Origin: Spirochaetia bacterium
Lineage (GTDB): Bacteria; Spirochaetota; Spirochaetia; UBA9216
Assembly: GCA_965140585.1 (NCBI GenBank)
Contig: OZ223264.1
Coordinates: 864,001 to 928,000, forward strand
Length of the DNA: 64,000 nt
Reading direction: 5' to 3'
In this document: one piece after another, positions 19,678 to 30,419 of the stretch
Numbering within the stretch: position 1 is the stretch's first letter
Layout of the letters: every line of letters begins with the position of its first letter
Made by a program: the position numbers and the translations under genes
Notes under the pieces: generated by a model
What the model was told of the DNA's origin: nothing
Seen by the model: the letters and a program-made list of their open reading frames with translations, nothing else
Database searches by the model: none

Positions 19678-20664
19678 ATGATTATGGATTCTGATAAGGA
19701 CATATTACTAGAGGTTAAAGACCTGTTTGTTGAATATAAATCTGATGATGAGATTCTTCATGCGGTTAACGGTATCTCTTTCGATATTAAAAAGGGAGAA
19801 ACTCTCGGGTTGGTCGGCGAAACCGGAGCTGGAAAAACCACGATCGCCAAATCGATTCTGCGAATTCTGCCCAAACTGCAATCGACCATAAAAAACGGTT
19901 CTATTCATTTTTCCGGCAGACAACTTCTGAACCTTGGCGAACGTGAAATGCAGGGCATACGTGGGAATAAAATTTCAATGATATTTCAGGACCCGATGTC
20001 GGCTCTCAACCCTGTTATGTCCATAGGTGCACAGATAGAAGAGTCAATTAAGCTTCACCGCAATTTATCCCGGAAGGACAGGGAGAAACTTGTGGTGGAA
20101 ATTCTGGAAAAGGTTGGGATCCCGGGTTCAAGGAAAAGTGAGTATCCGCATCAGTTTTCCGGGGGCATGAAACAGCGTGTAGTTATTGCAATTGCTCTTG
20201 CCTGCAGTCCCAGTCTGCTTTTGGCGGATGAACCTACTACTGCGCTTGACGTTACAATTCAGGCGCAGGTTCTGGACATGATTGAAAAACTGAAATCCGA
20301 ATTCCACATGTCCATGCTGCTTATAACTCATGATCTTGGTATTGTCGCGGAAACATGCGACAGGGTCGCAATTATCTATGCGGGTGAGATAGTGGAGTTA
20401 GGAGAGGTCGAACAGGTTTTCGATCATCCGCTTCATCCATATACAATAGGCCTTTTCGGTTCACTCCCAAGTATAGAAGATTCAGCTTCAGACAGGCTGA
20501 AGCCAATCAACGGACTTATGCCGAACCCCCTGGCGCTTCCTGTCGGCTGCAAGTTTGCGTCGCGATGTCCGAGGGTTACTGACTTATGCAGGGAAAATGA
20601 TCCGGAAAGCAGATTATTTAAAGGGCATTATGTCAGCTGCCATCATGCTGAAGGGGGAGAATAA
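19678..20664 (+). CDS. Dpp/Opp-type ABC transporter ATP-binding subunit D
   Basis: [40 protein letters not shown]. Confidence 0.93.
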   Translation: MIMDSDKDILLEVKDLFVEYKSDDEILHAVNGISFDIKKGETLGLVGETGAGKTTIAKSILRILPKLQSTIKNGSIHFSGRQLLNLGEREMQGIRGNKISMIFQDPMSALNPVMSIGAQIEESIKLHRNLSRKDREKLVVEILEKVGIPGSRKSEYPHQFSGGMKQRVVIAIALACSPSLLLADEPTTALDVTIQAQVLDMIEKLKSEFHMSMLLITHDLGIVAETCDRVAIIYAGEIVELGEVEQVFDHPLHPYTIGLFGSLPSIEDSASDRLKPINGLMPNPLALPVGCKFASRCPRVTDLCRENDPESRLFKGHYVSCHHAEGGE

Positions 20665-21614
20665 TGGCGCCAATTTTACAGGTAGAAAATCTAAAGAAGT
20701 ATTTTAAATCCCCGAAGGGAAATTTACATGCAGTTGATAATGTGAGTTTTACTATTGAAAAAGGTGAGACTCTTGGTGTTGTTGGTGAATCAGGTTGCGG
20801 TAAATCCACATTGGGTAGGACTCTGATGCACCTTGTTGAAAATACCGGCGGAAAGATTATTTTCGACGGCGAAGATATTACAAAGGTAAGCAAGCAAAAA
20901 CTGAGAAAAATTCGTGAAAACATGCAGATTATTTTTCAGGATCCTCTTTCCTCTCTGAACCCCAGGATGACTGTGATTCAGACCATCAGCGAACCATTTT
21001 ATATTCAAGGTATAAAAACCAGAAAAGAAATAGAGTATGAAACACAAAAACTCATGGATACAGTCGGTCTGTCACGGGAGTTCGCCTATGCCTATCCACA
21101 TGAACTGGATGGCGGACGCTGTCAGCGAATAGGGATCGCACGAGCCCTTACTCTGGAGCCGAAGTTTATTGTTTGTGATGAACCTGTTTCTGCACTTGAT
21201 GTATCGATACAGGCCCAGGTTTTGAACCTGATTCAGGATTTGCAGGAAGAAAAAGAACTGACCTATCTTTTTATTACCCATGACTTATCGGTTGTAAAAC
21301 ATATATCTGATCATATATGCGTAATGTATCTGGGCGAGATCGTGGAGAAGGCAACTTCCCGGGATTTATTCAAAAAACCGTTACATCCGTATACCAGGGC
21401 GCTGCTCTCGGCAATTCCTGTGCCCAATGTGCATTTTAAAAAGGAGCGGATTCTGATAGAGGGCGAAATTACATCTCCAATAGAACCTCCGGAGGGATGC
21501 CGTTTTGCTGCCAGATGCATATATGCATCGGAAGAATGCAGGAAAAAGCAGCTTCTTACTGAGGTGGAACCGGAGCACTTTGTGCTGTGTTCAAAAGTCA
21601 AGGAATTCATGTAG
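20664..21614 (+). CDS. Dpp/Opp-type ABC transporter ATP-binding subunit F
   Basis: [35 protein letters not shown]. Confidence 0.93.
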   Translation: MAPILQVENLKKYFKSPKGNLHAVDNVSFTIEKGETLGVVGESGCGKSTLGRTLMHLVENTGGKIIFDGEDITKVSKQKLRKIRENMQIIFQDPLSSLNPRMTVIQTISEPFYIQGIKTRKEIEYETQKLMDTVGLSREFAYAYPHELDGGRCQRIGIARALTLEPKFIVCDEPVSALDVSIQAQVLNLIQDLQEEKELTYLFITHDLSVVKHISDHICVMYLGEIVEKATSRDLFKKPLHPYTRALLSAIPVPNVHFKKERILIEGEITSPIEPPEGCRFAARCIYASEECRKKQLLTEVEPEHFVLCSKVKEFM

Positions 21615-21690
21615 AGAGCCCTTTAAAAACAGTTCTAAAGCTGACCTGTTATTCTGAATATCGGTACAGCATATTATAAGGAGGCATATT

Positions 21691-23235
21691 ATGCAGAAAA
21701 AAATTCGATTACTGTTGTTAATTGTAGTATTAGCATTCAGTATGTTGGCATGCGGAGGCAAAGGCAGCGATGCAGATTCCGCCAAATCAGCAGGAGAGGC
21801 AGAACTCTCAAAATTGGTGGTAGCAATACCGGATGATCCCGGTACTTTAACCTTTCTTTCAGCAATGGGTTCGCAATCCTATTACAATATTGTAGGGCAG
21901 ATGTATGACTGCCTGTTCGAATATGGTGTTAATAATGAGATGACCCCTGAACTTGCTGAATCCTGGGAAAAGGTAGACGATTTACACTACATTTTTAATC
22001 TGCGCAAAGATGTAAAATTTTCAGACGGGCGTGAATTTACAGTTGAGGATGTTGTTTTTTCCATGAATATTGCAGCTACAGACCCCGCACAAAGCCAGGC
22101 GGTTGCAGGTATTGTATTGGAGGATCTCAAGATTATCGATGACTATACGATTGAGGTTCCCTTAAAAACAGCGTCTCTCCCTAACTTTGTAAATATCGGA
22201 TCTGTAAGGATAACCAAAGAAGTAGCGTACAACGAGAGTCCTGATCAGCTGAAGACATCTACCTACGGTACCGGTGCCTATATGCTGAAATCATACAAAC
22301 CCGGTAACTCTGTTACACTGGTTAAAAACCCCTACTATTGGGGAGAAGAGCCGTCCATTGATGAAGTTGAGATGAAGATAATATCAGATCCTTCACAGCG
22401 AACAAATGCTCTTGTAGCAGGCGATGTCGATATAATTCAGAATCCATCAATCAATGATCTAACGTATTTTAAAGAAGAGGAAAATTTTGAAGTTAACAGT
22501 CTTATTACCTGGAAATCAGATGGTTTCTTTTTTAATACTACTTCAAACTCTCCATGTGAAGATGTGCATTTAAGAAGAGCAATTGCCTATGCCATCGACA
22601 AAGAAGGAATTCTCAATACCGTATTCTACGGATTCGGATCGCCTTCTGTATCTCCCTTTACTGAAACTTTCATTGACTTTGATGAGGCCTATATTGCCGA
22701 CGGTTACTATGATTATAATGTTGAAAAAGCTAAAGAGGAGCTTGCCAAAGCTAATATTCCTGCGGACATGATGCTTAAAATAATCATCAATAATTCAGCT
22801 GATAGTCAGTCCGTATCCCAGATAATACAGTCGCTACTGTCTACAGTAGGGATTGTATCTGAGATTGTCTCATACGATTCAGCAGTCTATTTCGGTACAA
22901 TGAGAGATTCTTCCAGCGGCTGGGATATTGCCTTGAACTATACAACCTGCCCCAGCGGTCTGGCTTCAGACCTTGTAAACGCCTGGGTACTTCACCTTGG
23001 TATTTCCGGGTACAGAGATCCGGATATGGTAGGTGCTATCGATACTGCGCTTCAGCTGGGTAATGTAGATGAAATGGCCCCTTCAACTGAAGTTGTGTAT
23101 AAAAAAGTAATCGATGATTTGCCGTTCTTTTCTTATATCCAGACTGCAGTTAATATTGCATACAACAGCAAGGTTGAGGATTTTGACTGGTGGGGTCGAG
23201 GGAATATGAAATTCCGTCTGTATTCAGTAGAATAA
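21691..23235 (+). CDS. Family 5 ABC substrate-binding lipoprotein
   Basis: Lipobox MLAC, PELAESW, LRKDVKFSDG..FT.EDV, GTGAY, RRAIAYAID. Confidence 0.9.
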   Translation: MQKKIRLLLLIVVLAFSMLACGGKGSDADSAKSAGEAELSKLVVAIPDDPGTLTFLSAMGSQSYYNIVGQMYDCLFEYGVNNEMTPELAESWEKVDDLHYIFNLRKDVKFSDGREFTVEDVVFSMNIAATDPAQSQAVAGIVLEDLKIIDDYTIEVPLKTASLPNFVNIGSVRITKEVAYNESPDQLKTSTYGTGAYMLKSYKPGNSVTLVKNPYYWGEEPSIDEVEMKIISDPSQRTNALVAGDVDIIQNPSINDLTYFKEEENFEVNSLITWKSDGFFFNTTSNSPCEDVHLRRAIAYAIDKEGILNTVFYGFGSPSVSPFTETFIDFDEAYIADGYYDYNVEKAKEELAKANIPADMMLKIIINNSADSQSVSQIIQSLLSTVGIVSEIVSYDSAVYFGTMRDSSSGWDIALNYTTCPSGLASDLVNAWVLHLGISGYRDPDMVGAIDTALQLGNVDEMAPSTEVVYKKVIDDLPFFSYIQTAVNIAYNSKVEDFDWWGRGNMKFRLYSVE

Positions 23236-23316
23236 TTTAATTTAGCTTCTTTTAATATATATCCGCCGGCAGTTTAATCTGGTCGGCGGAATAATTGTCA
23301 TGCAGGAGATCATTCA

Positions 23317-24111
23317 ATGGCATCAATCAGTTGTACTTTCTATTCAGAAATTTTGGAAAAAGAGGTGCAGGCGTTTGTTTTTCTCCCTGCGTTTACTTTC
23401 AAGGACAAAGGATTCCCGGAAGAAGAAAGATATTTCAAAAAACGTAAATTTAAAACTCTTGTATTATTGCATGGTTATTCGGGAACCTTTTCATCCTGGC
23501 AAAGAAATACCCGGCTTGAATATTATGCCGAACAAAATGATTTGGCGGTTATCTGTCCCGACGGTAATAACGGACATTACAGCGACTGGGAAAGTGGTCC
23601 AAGGTATCTGAGCTTTCTTAATGATGAATTTTTACCTGCTACTCGCTCAATGTTTCCGCTTTCAACTGAAAAAGAGGATAATTTTATCGGTGGTTATTCA
23701 ATGGGCGGCTACGGTGCGGTAAAATGGGCTTTTACATATCCCGATATTTTTTCCCATGTAATAAATTTTTCCGGCGGTCTGAACATTTTACCGCGGATTG
23801 AGTATTACAAAAAAATGATAGGTGTTGAACAGACAAAAGCGGTTTTCGGAAATCTAGACGAAATAGAAAACAGCCGTCATGATATTTACTGGCTTATGCA
23901 GGAATATATGAAAAATGATAATTCCCGATTGCGCATTTACTCCTGTTCAGGTACGGAGGACCTTCCTGCAACGGAAGCACATATGTTATTTGTAAGAATC
24001 GCCGAGAAACTTGGCTATGATATTACTACTTTCACTGGTCCGGGAGGACATGATTTTGATTTTTGGGATGAGGTATTAAAAAAAGTGATTTATCAGTGGC
24101 TTCCGCTCTAA
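23317..24111 (+). CDS. Alpha/beta hydrolase, tributyrin esterase / S-formylglutathione hydrolase-like
   Basis: LLHG, GYSMGG nucleophile, GTED, GGHDFDFW. Confidence 0.87.
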   Translation: MASISCTFYSEILEKEVQAFVFLPAFTFKDKGFPEEERYFKKRKFKTLVLLHGYSGTFSSWQRNTRLEYYAEQNDLAVICPDGNNGHYSDWESGPRYLSFLNDEFLPATRSMFPLSTEKEDNFIGGYSMGGYGAVKWAFTYPDIFSHVINFSGGLNILPRIEYYKKMIGVEQTKAVFGNLDEIENSRHDIYWLMQEYMKNDNSRLRIYSCSGTEDLPATEAHMLFVRIAEKLGYDITTFTGPGGHDFDFWDEVLKKVIYQWLPL

Positions 24112-24141
24112 AACCTTAAAAGATTTCAGGACTTACAATAA

Positions 24142-24735
24142 ATGAACATTACTGACAGAATAATAAAACACGTATACAGCACAGATTTTAAGGATATTCC
24201 AGAGGCAGTGATAAATATTCAGAAGAAAGCACTAATCGATGCTGTTGCTGTATCCTTTGCCGCCTCTTCAAAAGGCGAGAGTTGCGGTGAATTCATCGGG
24301 CTTGCTAAAGATCTTGGAGGAGCGGAGTCTTGTGTAGTGATAGGCTGCGGGTTTAAAGCTTCTCCCGTTGGAGCGGCTCTTGCAAACGGTGCAATGGCTC
24401 ATGCGATGGATTATGAGGATGCGCATGATCTTTCCTGTATACATTCCAACGCAGTCTCTACAGCGGCAGCACTTACGATGGCGGATCTTAAAAGGCCGGA
24501 TGTCCGGAAAGGATTTTCTTGCTGCACTGACATTAGTAAGCGATATCTCCATAAAATAACGGATGTTTTCTATATGCCGGTAGATATTCCTGAAAATTGC
24601 TCGCCGGTTATCGTTGAACCTGAAAATCCAAAATTCAATGAGATAAATAATTATATAGAAAAGATTACAAGAGCAGAAAACATTGATACGGAATTTACTG
24701 TTTGCGGTAACGAAATAAAGATTAATCTGAAATAA
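24142..24735 (+). pseudogene. Truncated, frameshifted MmgE/PrpD-family gene joined to an unrelated 3' fragment
   Basis: AALANGAMAHAMDYED.H...H motif. Homology continues in another frame (GRMSGKDFLAALTLVSDI) near 24490 and stops about 24555, far short of the usual ~450 aa. Confidence 0.75.
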
Positions 24736-24755
24736 TATTTTAGGGAGGATTTGAT

Positions 24756-25556
24756 ATGGGGTTCTTCAGATATACATTTTTATCGGTAATTCTGGAATGT
24801 ACAACATCAATTACCGTTACATTACCAGATTTTGAGCGGCAGCATAGGGATAAATCCCTTGATGATATTTATCTCGAAGGTGTCAAACTGCCCACCATTT
24901 ACCTGCTTCACGGCGGAAGTGGTGATTCTTCTGATTGGTTAAGAAAGACTCAGATAGAGCTGCTATCGAATGAAATGGGTTTCATGACCGTCTCGATTGA
25001 TGCTTTGGAGAGTTTTTACTCCGATATGATACATGGCAGGGATTATTTTACCTATCTGACTGAAGAAGTCCCCCGGATAGTTCAGCGACTGTTCCCCTCG
25101 TCTCCGTACAGGAAAGATAACTATATTGCCGGTTTTTCTATGGGCGGACACGGTGCCATGAAAGTAGCATTAAGGTGTCCCGAAAAATTTACAGCAGTTC
25201 TGGCCCTCTCCGGAGCCAAAGACATGGTGAAGATGGCAAAGCTTGCCGAAGAAATGGGGATCATTGCGTCTAACAGCACTGTAGACGAGGCCTTCGGCTC
25301 GATTGACAATATCTATGACTCAGAGAATGATCTCTTGTTTCTGGCAAAAGAATTAAAGAAGTCAGGAAAACAGCAGCCTGAGATCTTTCTGGGCTGCGGT
25401 ACCGAAGACTATGGTTATGAATTATGCCGTGAATACAGTTCTTTTCTGAAAAAAACAGGCTTGAAAAATGAGTTCATTTCCATTCCGGGAAAGCATGATT
25501 ATTTTTTCGTCAATCAGATGATAACCAAAGCAGTTAAAGAATTATTTAAATTATGA
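24756..25556 (+). CDS. Alpha/beta hydrolase, tributyrin esterase-like (paralogue of 23317-24111)
   Basis: YLLHG, GFSMGG, CGTED, GKHDY. Confidence 0.87.
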   Translation: MGFFRYTFLSVILECTTSITVTLPDFERQHRDKSLDDIYLEGVKLPTIYLLHGGSGDSSDWLRKTQIELLSNEMGFMTVSIDALESFYSDMIHGRDYFTYLTEEVPRIVQRLFPSSPYRKDNYIAGFSMGGHGAMKVALRCPEKFTAVLALSGAKDMVKMAKLAEEMGIIASNSTVDEAFGSIDNIYDSENDLLFLAKELKKSGKQQPEIFLGCGTEDYGYELCREYSSFLKKTGLKNEFISIPGKHDYFFVNQMITKAVKELFKL

Positions 25557-26743
25557 CAGATTCTGACAAACTGTTTTCTAGAGACTATATTCTTATATCC
25601 ATTCTGGGCCTGCTTATTAGATTCAGCATGTTTATTAAGATGACTATTCAGCCGCTTTACCTTATTAATCTCTTTTCATCCAAAACTGTAGCGGGATTGG
25701 CTGTGACTGTATTCACAATATCCGCACTGGTGCTCCGGCCTCTGTCCGGGAGAATAATCGATAAATACGGACGAAGGAATATGTTTTTTTGGGGGACAGT
25801 AACCTTTTCGCTGACAACTCTACCTTTGGGTTTTATCGACAATCTTTTTATAATATATATCTTCCAGGCAGTTGGAGGAATCGCTTTTTCAATTCAATCA
25901 GTCGCCGACACAACGATGGTCACGGATGTTGTTCCTGAATCAAAACTGACACAGGGTCTCGGATATTATGGATTAACGGCAACTCTTGCACAGGCTCTGG
26001 GACCCTCCGTAGGGCTATTGTTAATTTCAGCTTATAATTACAGTATTAGCTTCCTTATAACCGGAGCAATTAATCTTATTTCAATATTTCTTGTATTTTT
26101 AATAGCTTATGAAAAACAACCTGCTTATATTCGTTCAGTTGCGGAACGAATACGGAACAGGAGTGATGTTAAACGGACATTTCTTGACAATCTTATAGCA
26201 AGAAGTGCGGCATATCCTTCCCTGTATATTGGCATTCTTTCTTTTATCGGTGCCTCAATAGGTACTTTTCTTGTGCCGTATGCAAAGCTGTCAGGAATAC
26301 CAAGCATCGGTCTATACTTTTCATTCAGAGCCATTGGTGTTGCATTGTCGCGGATGTTTGTCAGCCGGGTAACAGATGCTTTGGGAAAATTCAAATCATT
26401 GATTCTAAGTATGCTCCTGATTGTATTCGGGACAACAGGAATCCTTTTCATGAGTAATATTTTTATGGTGGTACTGGTAGCGCTTTTATATGGTATCGGA
26501 TTTGGAATAGCCTCGGTGGTGTTAAACGTAGGTGCAGTAATTAACACTCCTCAAGTCAATAGAGCCGCCGCAAATGCAACCTTCTTTTTGATGATAGATG
26601 CGGGTATTGGATTAGGCTCGGTAACATGGGGTATTATAGGCGATACTCTGGGAATTAGCAGTATATTTATTGGTTCAGCCATTATGTCACTTTTCGTTTT
26701 TATAGTATTTGCAGGAATGAAGAAAAGTCGTGAGATATTCTGA
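25553..26743 (+). CDS. MFS transporter
   Basis: About 12 TMs, motif A GRIIDKYGRR. Confidence 0.9.
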   Translation: MTDSDKLFSRDYILISILGLLIRFSMFIKMTIQPLYLINLFSSKTVAGLAVTVFTISALVLRPLSGRIIDKYGRRNMFFWGTVTFSLTTLPLGFIDNLFIIYIFQAVGGIAFSIQSVADTTMVTDVVPESKLTQGLGYYGLTATLAQALGPSVGLLLISAYNYSISFLITGAINLISIFLVFLIAYEKQPAYIRSVAERIRNRSDVKRTFLDNLIARSAAYPSLYIGILSFIGASIGTFLVPYAKLSGIPSIGLYFSFRAIGVALSRMFVSRVTDALGKFKSLILSMLLIVFGTTGILFMSNIFMVVLVALLYGIGFGIASVVLNVGAVINTPQVNRAAANATFFLMIDAGIGLGSVTWGIIGDTLGISSIFIGSAIMSLFVFIVFAGMKKSREIF

Positions 26744-26849
26744 TTTTGAAGATTTTACTGTTCGTTTGTTTTTTACATATTCAAGCACATGAGTTATTTT
26801 TTTACATCTTTAATCACTTGATCGATAATAATGGTGGTGTATGTGTCGG

Positions 26850-27523
26850 TTTGATTCGCTGAAGCTCGCTATATTCTGTTTCATCTGCTCAAAGGTTGAT
26901 GCCCCTGAAAGGTTCCATTACCCATACAGGTATTTTATAATGTTTAAGCAGCTCCACCTTAGCTTCAGCATCCTGGAAGGACCAGTCAACATAGTTAAGC
27001 TGCAGCTGACCGAATTCCATATGCTCGCCATAGGCTTCAAGAAAACGTTTTATCACTTCGTAACTTCCATGTGCTGAAAAACCGAGGTGTTTTATTCTTC
27101 CGTTTTTTTTCTGCTCAAGAAGGTACTTAAGAATACCCTATCTTTCATTGAGATAGGCATCGATATTAATTTCGCAGACATTATGAAAGAGGTAGAAATC
27201 AAAATATTCAACACCGCATTTTTTCAGCTGTTCTTCGAAGATTTCCTCCACCTTATCCATGTTGGACAGATCGTATACGGAGAATTTTGTTGCAAGATAA
27301 AATTTATTCCTGGGATAGTTGCCCAGGATTCGGCCTATTACTGTTTCTGACTGTCCGTCATGATAGCCGCATGCAGTATCAAAATAATTAACTCCATTAT
27401 CAAATGCATATTTAACCATATCAGCGGCTGCCTGCTCATCTATCTGACCGTCATTACCGGCAGTCTCATTGTTCCCATACCCAGAAGGGACAGATCCTTG
27501 TCTTTAAATTTCCTGTAGATCAT
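26850..27523 (-). pseudogene. Aldo/keto reductase pseudogene (frameshifts and internal deletions)
   Basis: MIYRKFKDKDLSLLGMGTMRLP, then a frameshift to GVNYFDTA.GYH.GQSE..LATKF..YFDFYLFH, and later fragments VWVMEPFRG and STFEQMKQNIASF. The 3' limit is approximate. Confidence 0.8.
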
Positions 27524-28270
27524 TTATTTAACCTCGTTGATGCAGCGTAAGGCATTAAGACTTCTGGGATAGCCTATAAAAGGAAGACACCGCGACAGAA
27601 TCTTAATAAGAAATGCTTTATCATTTCCTACGTTAATGTTGCCGGCCACATGCCCCATAAGCTGAGGTTCGCATCCGCCCTGGGCAGCAAGGAAACAGAA
27701 GGTGATCATTTCTCTTTGCGCAAGATCAAGGCCTGTTCTTGTGTAATAATCACCGAAACAGTTATCTGCAAGCCAGCGGTTTATATGTCTGCTTTCTTCG
27801 GGGCCGGATTTCCAGAAATCTTTCATCTGTTCACCGAAGATCTCAACCTGAGCCTGGCTTCCGGCGGGGAGTCTTGTATCAGAGTCGGTTGTAGCCTGAG
27901 GAGGCAGGGGCAGTTCAATTCCATGCTGTGACAGGATTTCATTGACTGCTTTAAGAAATGGCTGTACCCGTCCTATGCCGAGGTAGGCTGTGGCCTGATA
28001 CACTGTTTCCTTGACTTCAACCGGTGTAACTCCGAAATTCAGCGCAGCGGGCAGCATTACCTTAAACTCATCAATTCCCTGGCAGCCGAGAAGGGCTGCA
28101 AGAATAGCAAGCATTCTGGTTTTATCATCAAGATTATCAGTGTTTACAACTTCATCAAAGGCAAAATTGTTAAAAATCTCAACAAACTCAGGATCTGTTT
28201 TCATTAAATCCGGAGTAATGCCAGGAAGCATTCTTTCATGGTATTCTTTTGCTTTACTTGTAATAGACAT
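27524..28270 (-). CDS. Carboxymuconolactone decarboxylase family protein (two CMD domains)
   Basis: DPEF..F.NFAFDEV, LDDKTR, CFGDYYTRTGLD..REMIT, PFIGYPRSLNA. Confidence 0.88.
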   Translation of the reverse strand: MSITSKAKEYHERMLPGITPDLMKTDPEFVEIFNNFAFDEVVNTDNLDDKTRMLAILAALLGCQGIDEFKVMLPAALNFGVTPVEVKETVYQATAYLGIGRVQPFLKAVNEILSQHGIELPLPPQATTDSDTRLPAGSQAQVEIFGEQMKDFWKSGPEESRHINRWLADNCFGDYYTRTGLDLAQREMITFCFLAAQGGCEPQLMGHVAGNINVGNDKAFLIKILSRCLPFIGYPRSLNALRCINEVK

Positions 28271-28279
28271 AATTATTCC

Positions 28280-28655
28280 TTATTTCAGTTTGCTGTAATG
28301 TTCATCGTCAACAGCTTCAAGCCATTCTGTTTTTCCGTTTACTCCCGGAATCTCAACTGCAATATGGACAAACCAGCTGTCTTTAGCCGCACCATGCCAG
28401 TGTTTAACTCCCTGGGGAATATTTACAACATCACCTGCCTGAAGTTCCTGTGCTTCCTTTCCTTCTTCCTGGTACCATCCGCGGCCGCCGGTAACAAGCA
28501 GAATCTGTCCGCCCTTTTTATCGGCCATGTGAATGTGCCAGTTATTTCTGCATCCGGGTTCGAAAGTTACATTGGCAGTAATAAGTCCGTCTCTGGTCCG
28601 CAGTTTTAAATAGCTTTTGCCAATAAAATAATCTCCGAAGGGATTAATTTCACTA
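28280..28655 (-). pseudogene. Cupin-domain protein apparently lacking a canonical start codon
   Basis: The frame reads INPFGDYFIGKSYL..ANVTFEPGCRNNWHIH..GGQILLVTGGRGWYQE..GDVVNIP.GVKHWHGA. The first ATG (28528) lies inside the conserved core and no upstream in-frame ATG/GTG/TTG is seen. Confidence 0.6.
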
Positions 28656-28754
28656 TAAAAATTGCCTATTCCTCCGAAATGCAGGACTATTTACCTCTAA
28701 AACAGCTTAATTTATGCTTAATATCTTATTACAGTCAGTTAATGAGGTGAAAAT

Positions 28755-29636
28755 ATGGGCACAGGAACCGAACAAATGAAAAAACTGCTTCTTGAATATC
28801 TTCCAAAAGAGAAAGCTGTTGATACTGCAATAAGGGGAGTCAGAATCTTCAGGCGTGATGAGCCCTATGATCCGAAGCCTCTTATATATAAGCCCCAGAT
28901 TATTATCCTGGCCCAGGGACGGAAGGACCTTTACATTGGTGATAGGAAATATACCTATGATGCTGATAACTACATAGTTTTGACTGTACCTCTTCCTGTT
29001 GTCTGTGAAGCAATTATAAAGAAGGGAGAACCGATGCTCGGAATGGTGATAGAAATAGAACCGCAGATTATCGGAGAGATCCTTTATGAGATGGATGTGG
29101 AGCCTGTGAAGAAGCCGGTGCTGAATAACAGCATGTATCAGGCTGCAGTGTCGGATGAGATTATTGATGCTGCTTTACGGCTTTTAAAGACCCTCAGATC
29201 AAAAAATGAAACTAGAATTCTTGGTCAGATCTATGTGAAAGAAATTCTGTTCAAAGTTCTTAACGGTGAGCATGGGGAGATTCTGAAGGAACTTGCTTTC
29301 AATAACAGGAGCCTTTACCAGATTTCAAGAGCTATAAACAGGATTCATGAAGATTTTCCCAAGCCTCTTGAGGTTCAGACTCTGGCAAAGGAAGCGGGAA
29401 TGAGTGTTTCCACCTTCCACAGCAACTTTAAAGATATTACCAGTACCTCGCCTCTTCAGTATATAAAGAATATCCGGCTACATAAGGCCAAGGAACTGAT
29501 TCAGCAGGAAGGTGAGAAGGTATACGAAGCCGCTGTAAGAGTGGGCTATGAGAGTTCTTCCCAGTTCAACAGGGAGTATAAACGGCTTTTTGGAATTACA
29601 CCGGCAAAGGATAGTGTTGCCAGTCCGGTTCATTAA
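28755..29636 (+). CDS. AraC family regulator (YqhC-like, AraC_N domain)
   Basis: IY.P.IIILAQGRK, AGMS.STFH..FK, SPLQYIK.IRL, VGYES.SQFNREYKRLFG; divergent from the cupin/CMD/AKR genes. Confidence 0.9.
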   Translation: MGTGTEQMKKLLLEYLPKEKAVDTAIRGVRIFRRDEPYDPKPLIYKPQIIILAQGRKDLYIGDRKYTYDADNYIVLTVPLPVVCEAIIKKGEPMLGMVIEIEPQIIGEILYEMDVEPVKKPVLNNSMYQAAVSDEIIDAALRLLKTLRSKNETRILGQIYVKEILFKVLNGEHGEILKELAFNNRSLYQISRAINRIHEDFPKPLEVQTLAKEAGMSVSTFHSNFKDITSTSPLQYIKNIRLHKAKELIQQEGEKVYEAAVRVGYESSSQFNREYKRLFGITPAKDSVASPVH

Positions 29637-29694
29637 AAAAACTTTTAATTTAACCCGCTGTGAAATACATGATAATATAGCTCAGGAGTGAAAC

Positions 29695-30417
29695 ATGAAA
29701 CAGCCGCATATATTATGTGATTCAGAAGATGTAGCAGAAAGAGTTCTTCTGCCCGGAGATCCTGCCCGTGTGTTCAGGGTAGCAGAGCTCCTTGATAATG
29801 TCCGTGAGATTGCATTCAATAGGGAGTTCAGGACTGTAACCGGAAGCTATAGGGGGACTCCTGTGACAGTTACTTCAACTGGTATAGGCGGGGCATCGGC
29901 AGTTATTGCAGTTGAAGAACTTGCAGCCTGCGGGGCAAAGTCCTTCATCAGAATTGGCAGCTGCGGAGCCTGTCAGCCGGGAATTGCCCTTGGTGATCTG
30001 GTTATTTCAACCGGTTCCGTACGTGAGGACGGGGCTTCCGTGATGTACGCCCCGAAAGAGTTTCCGGCTGTTCCTGACTTCTCACTTTTATCGGCTCTTG
30101 TTAAAGCCTGTTCCGATGCCGGTTATTCTTATCATACCGGGATTACACGCAGCCATGATTCCTTCTATATAGATCATGAGGCTGAGCTGATGCGCAGGTG
30201 GAACAGTCTGGGAGTTATGGCCTCGGACATGGAAACCTCTGCACTCTTTACGCTTGCATCAATCCGCCGGGTTCGGGCGGCATCAATCCTTAATAATGTT
30301 GTATTGTATGAGGGCGATGTGAAGGAAGGAGTCGGTGACTATGTTGATGAAGCTGCCGCAGCCGCTGAGGGAGAAAAGAAGGAAATCCTTGCAGCACTGA
30401 ATGCCTTGGTAATCTGA
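29695..30417 (+). CDS. udp: Uridine phosphorylase-like nucleoside phosphorylase
   Basis: PGDPARV, NREF, STGIGGAS, RIGSCG, HDSFY, DMET. Confidence 0.8.
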   Translation: MKQPHILCDSEDVAERVLLPGDPARVFRVAELLDNVREIAFNREFRTVTGSYRGTPVTVTSTGIGGASAVIAVEELAACGAKSFIRIGSCGACQPGIALGDLVISTGSVREDGASVMYAPKEFPAVPDFSLLSALVKACSDAGYSYHTGITRSHDSFYIDHEAELMRRWNSLGVMASDMETSALFTLASIRRVRAASILNNVVLYEGDVKEGVGDYVDEAAAAAEGEKKEILAALNALVI

Positions 30418-30419
30418 AC

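Noticed and set aside
13201-26743. Composite transposon carrying the esterase cluster
   Set aside because: Only one IS copy and no second matching inverted repeat were seen.
29695-30417. udp as part of the GRE-DeoC pathway
   Set aside because: It is separated by a convergent gene and no phosphopentomutase is present, so linkage is not supported by the sequence alone.
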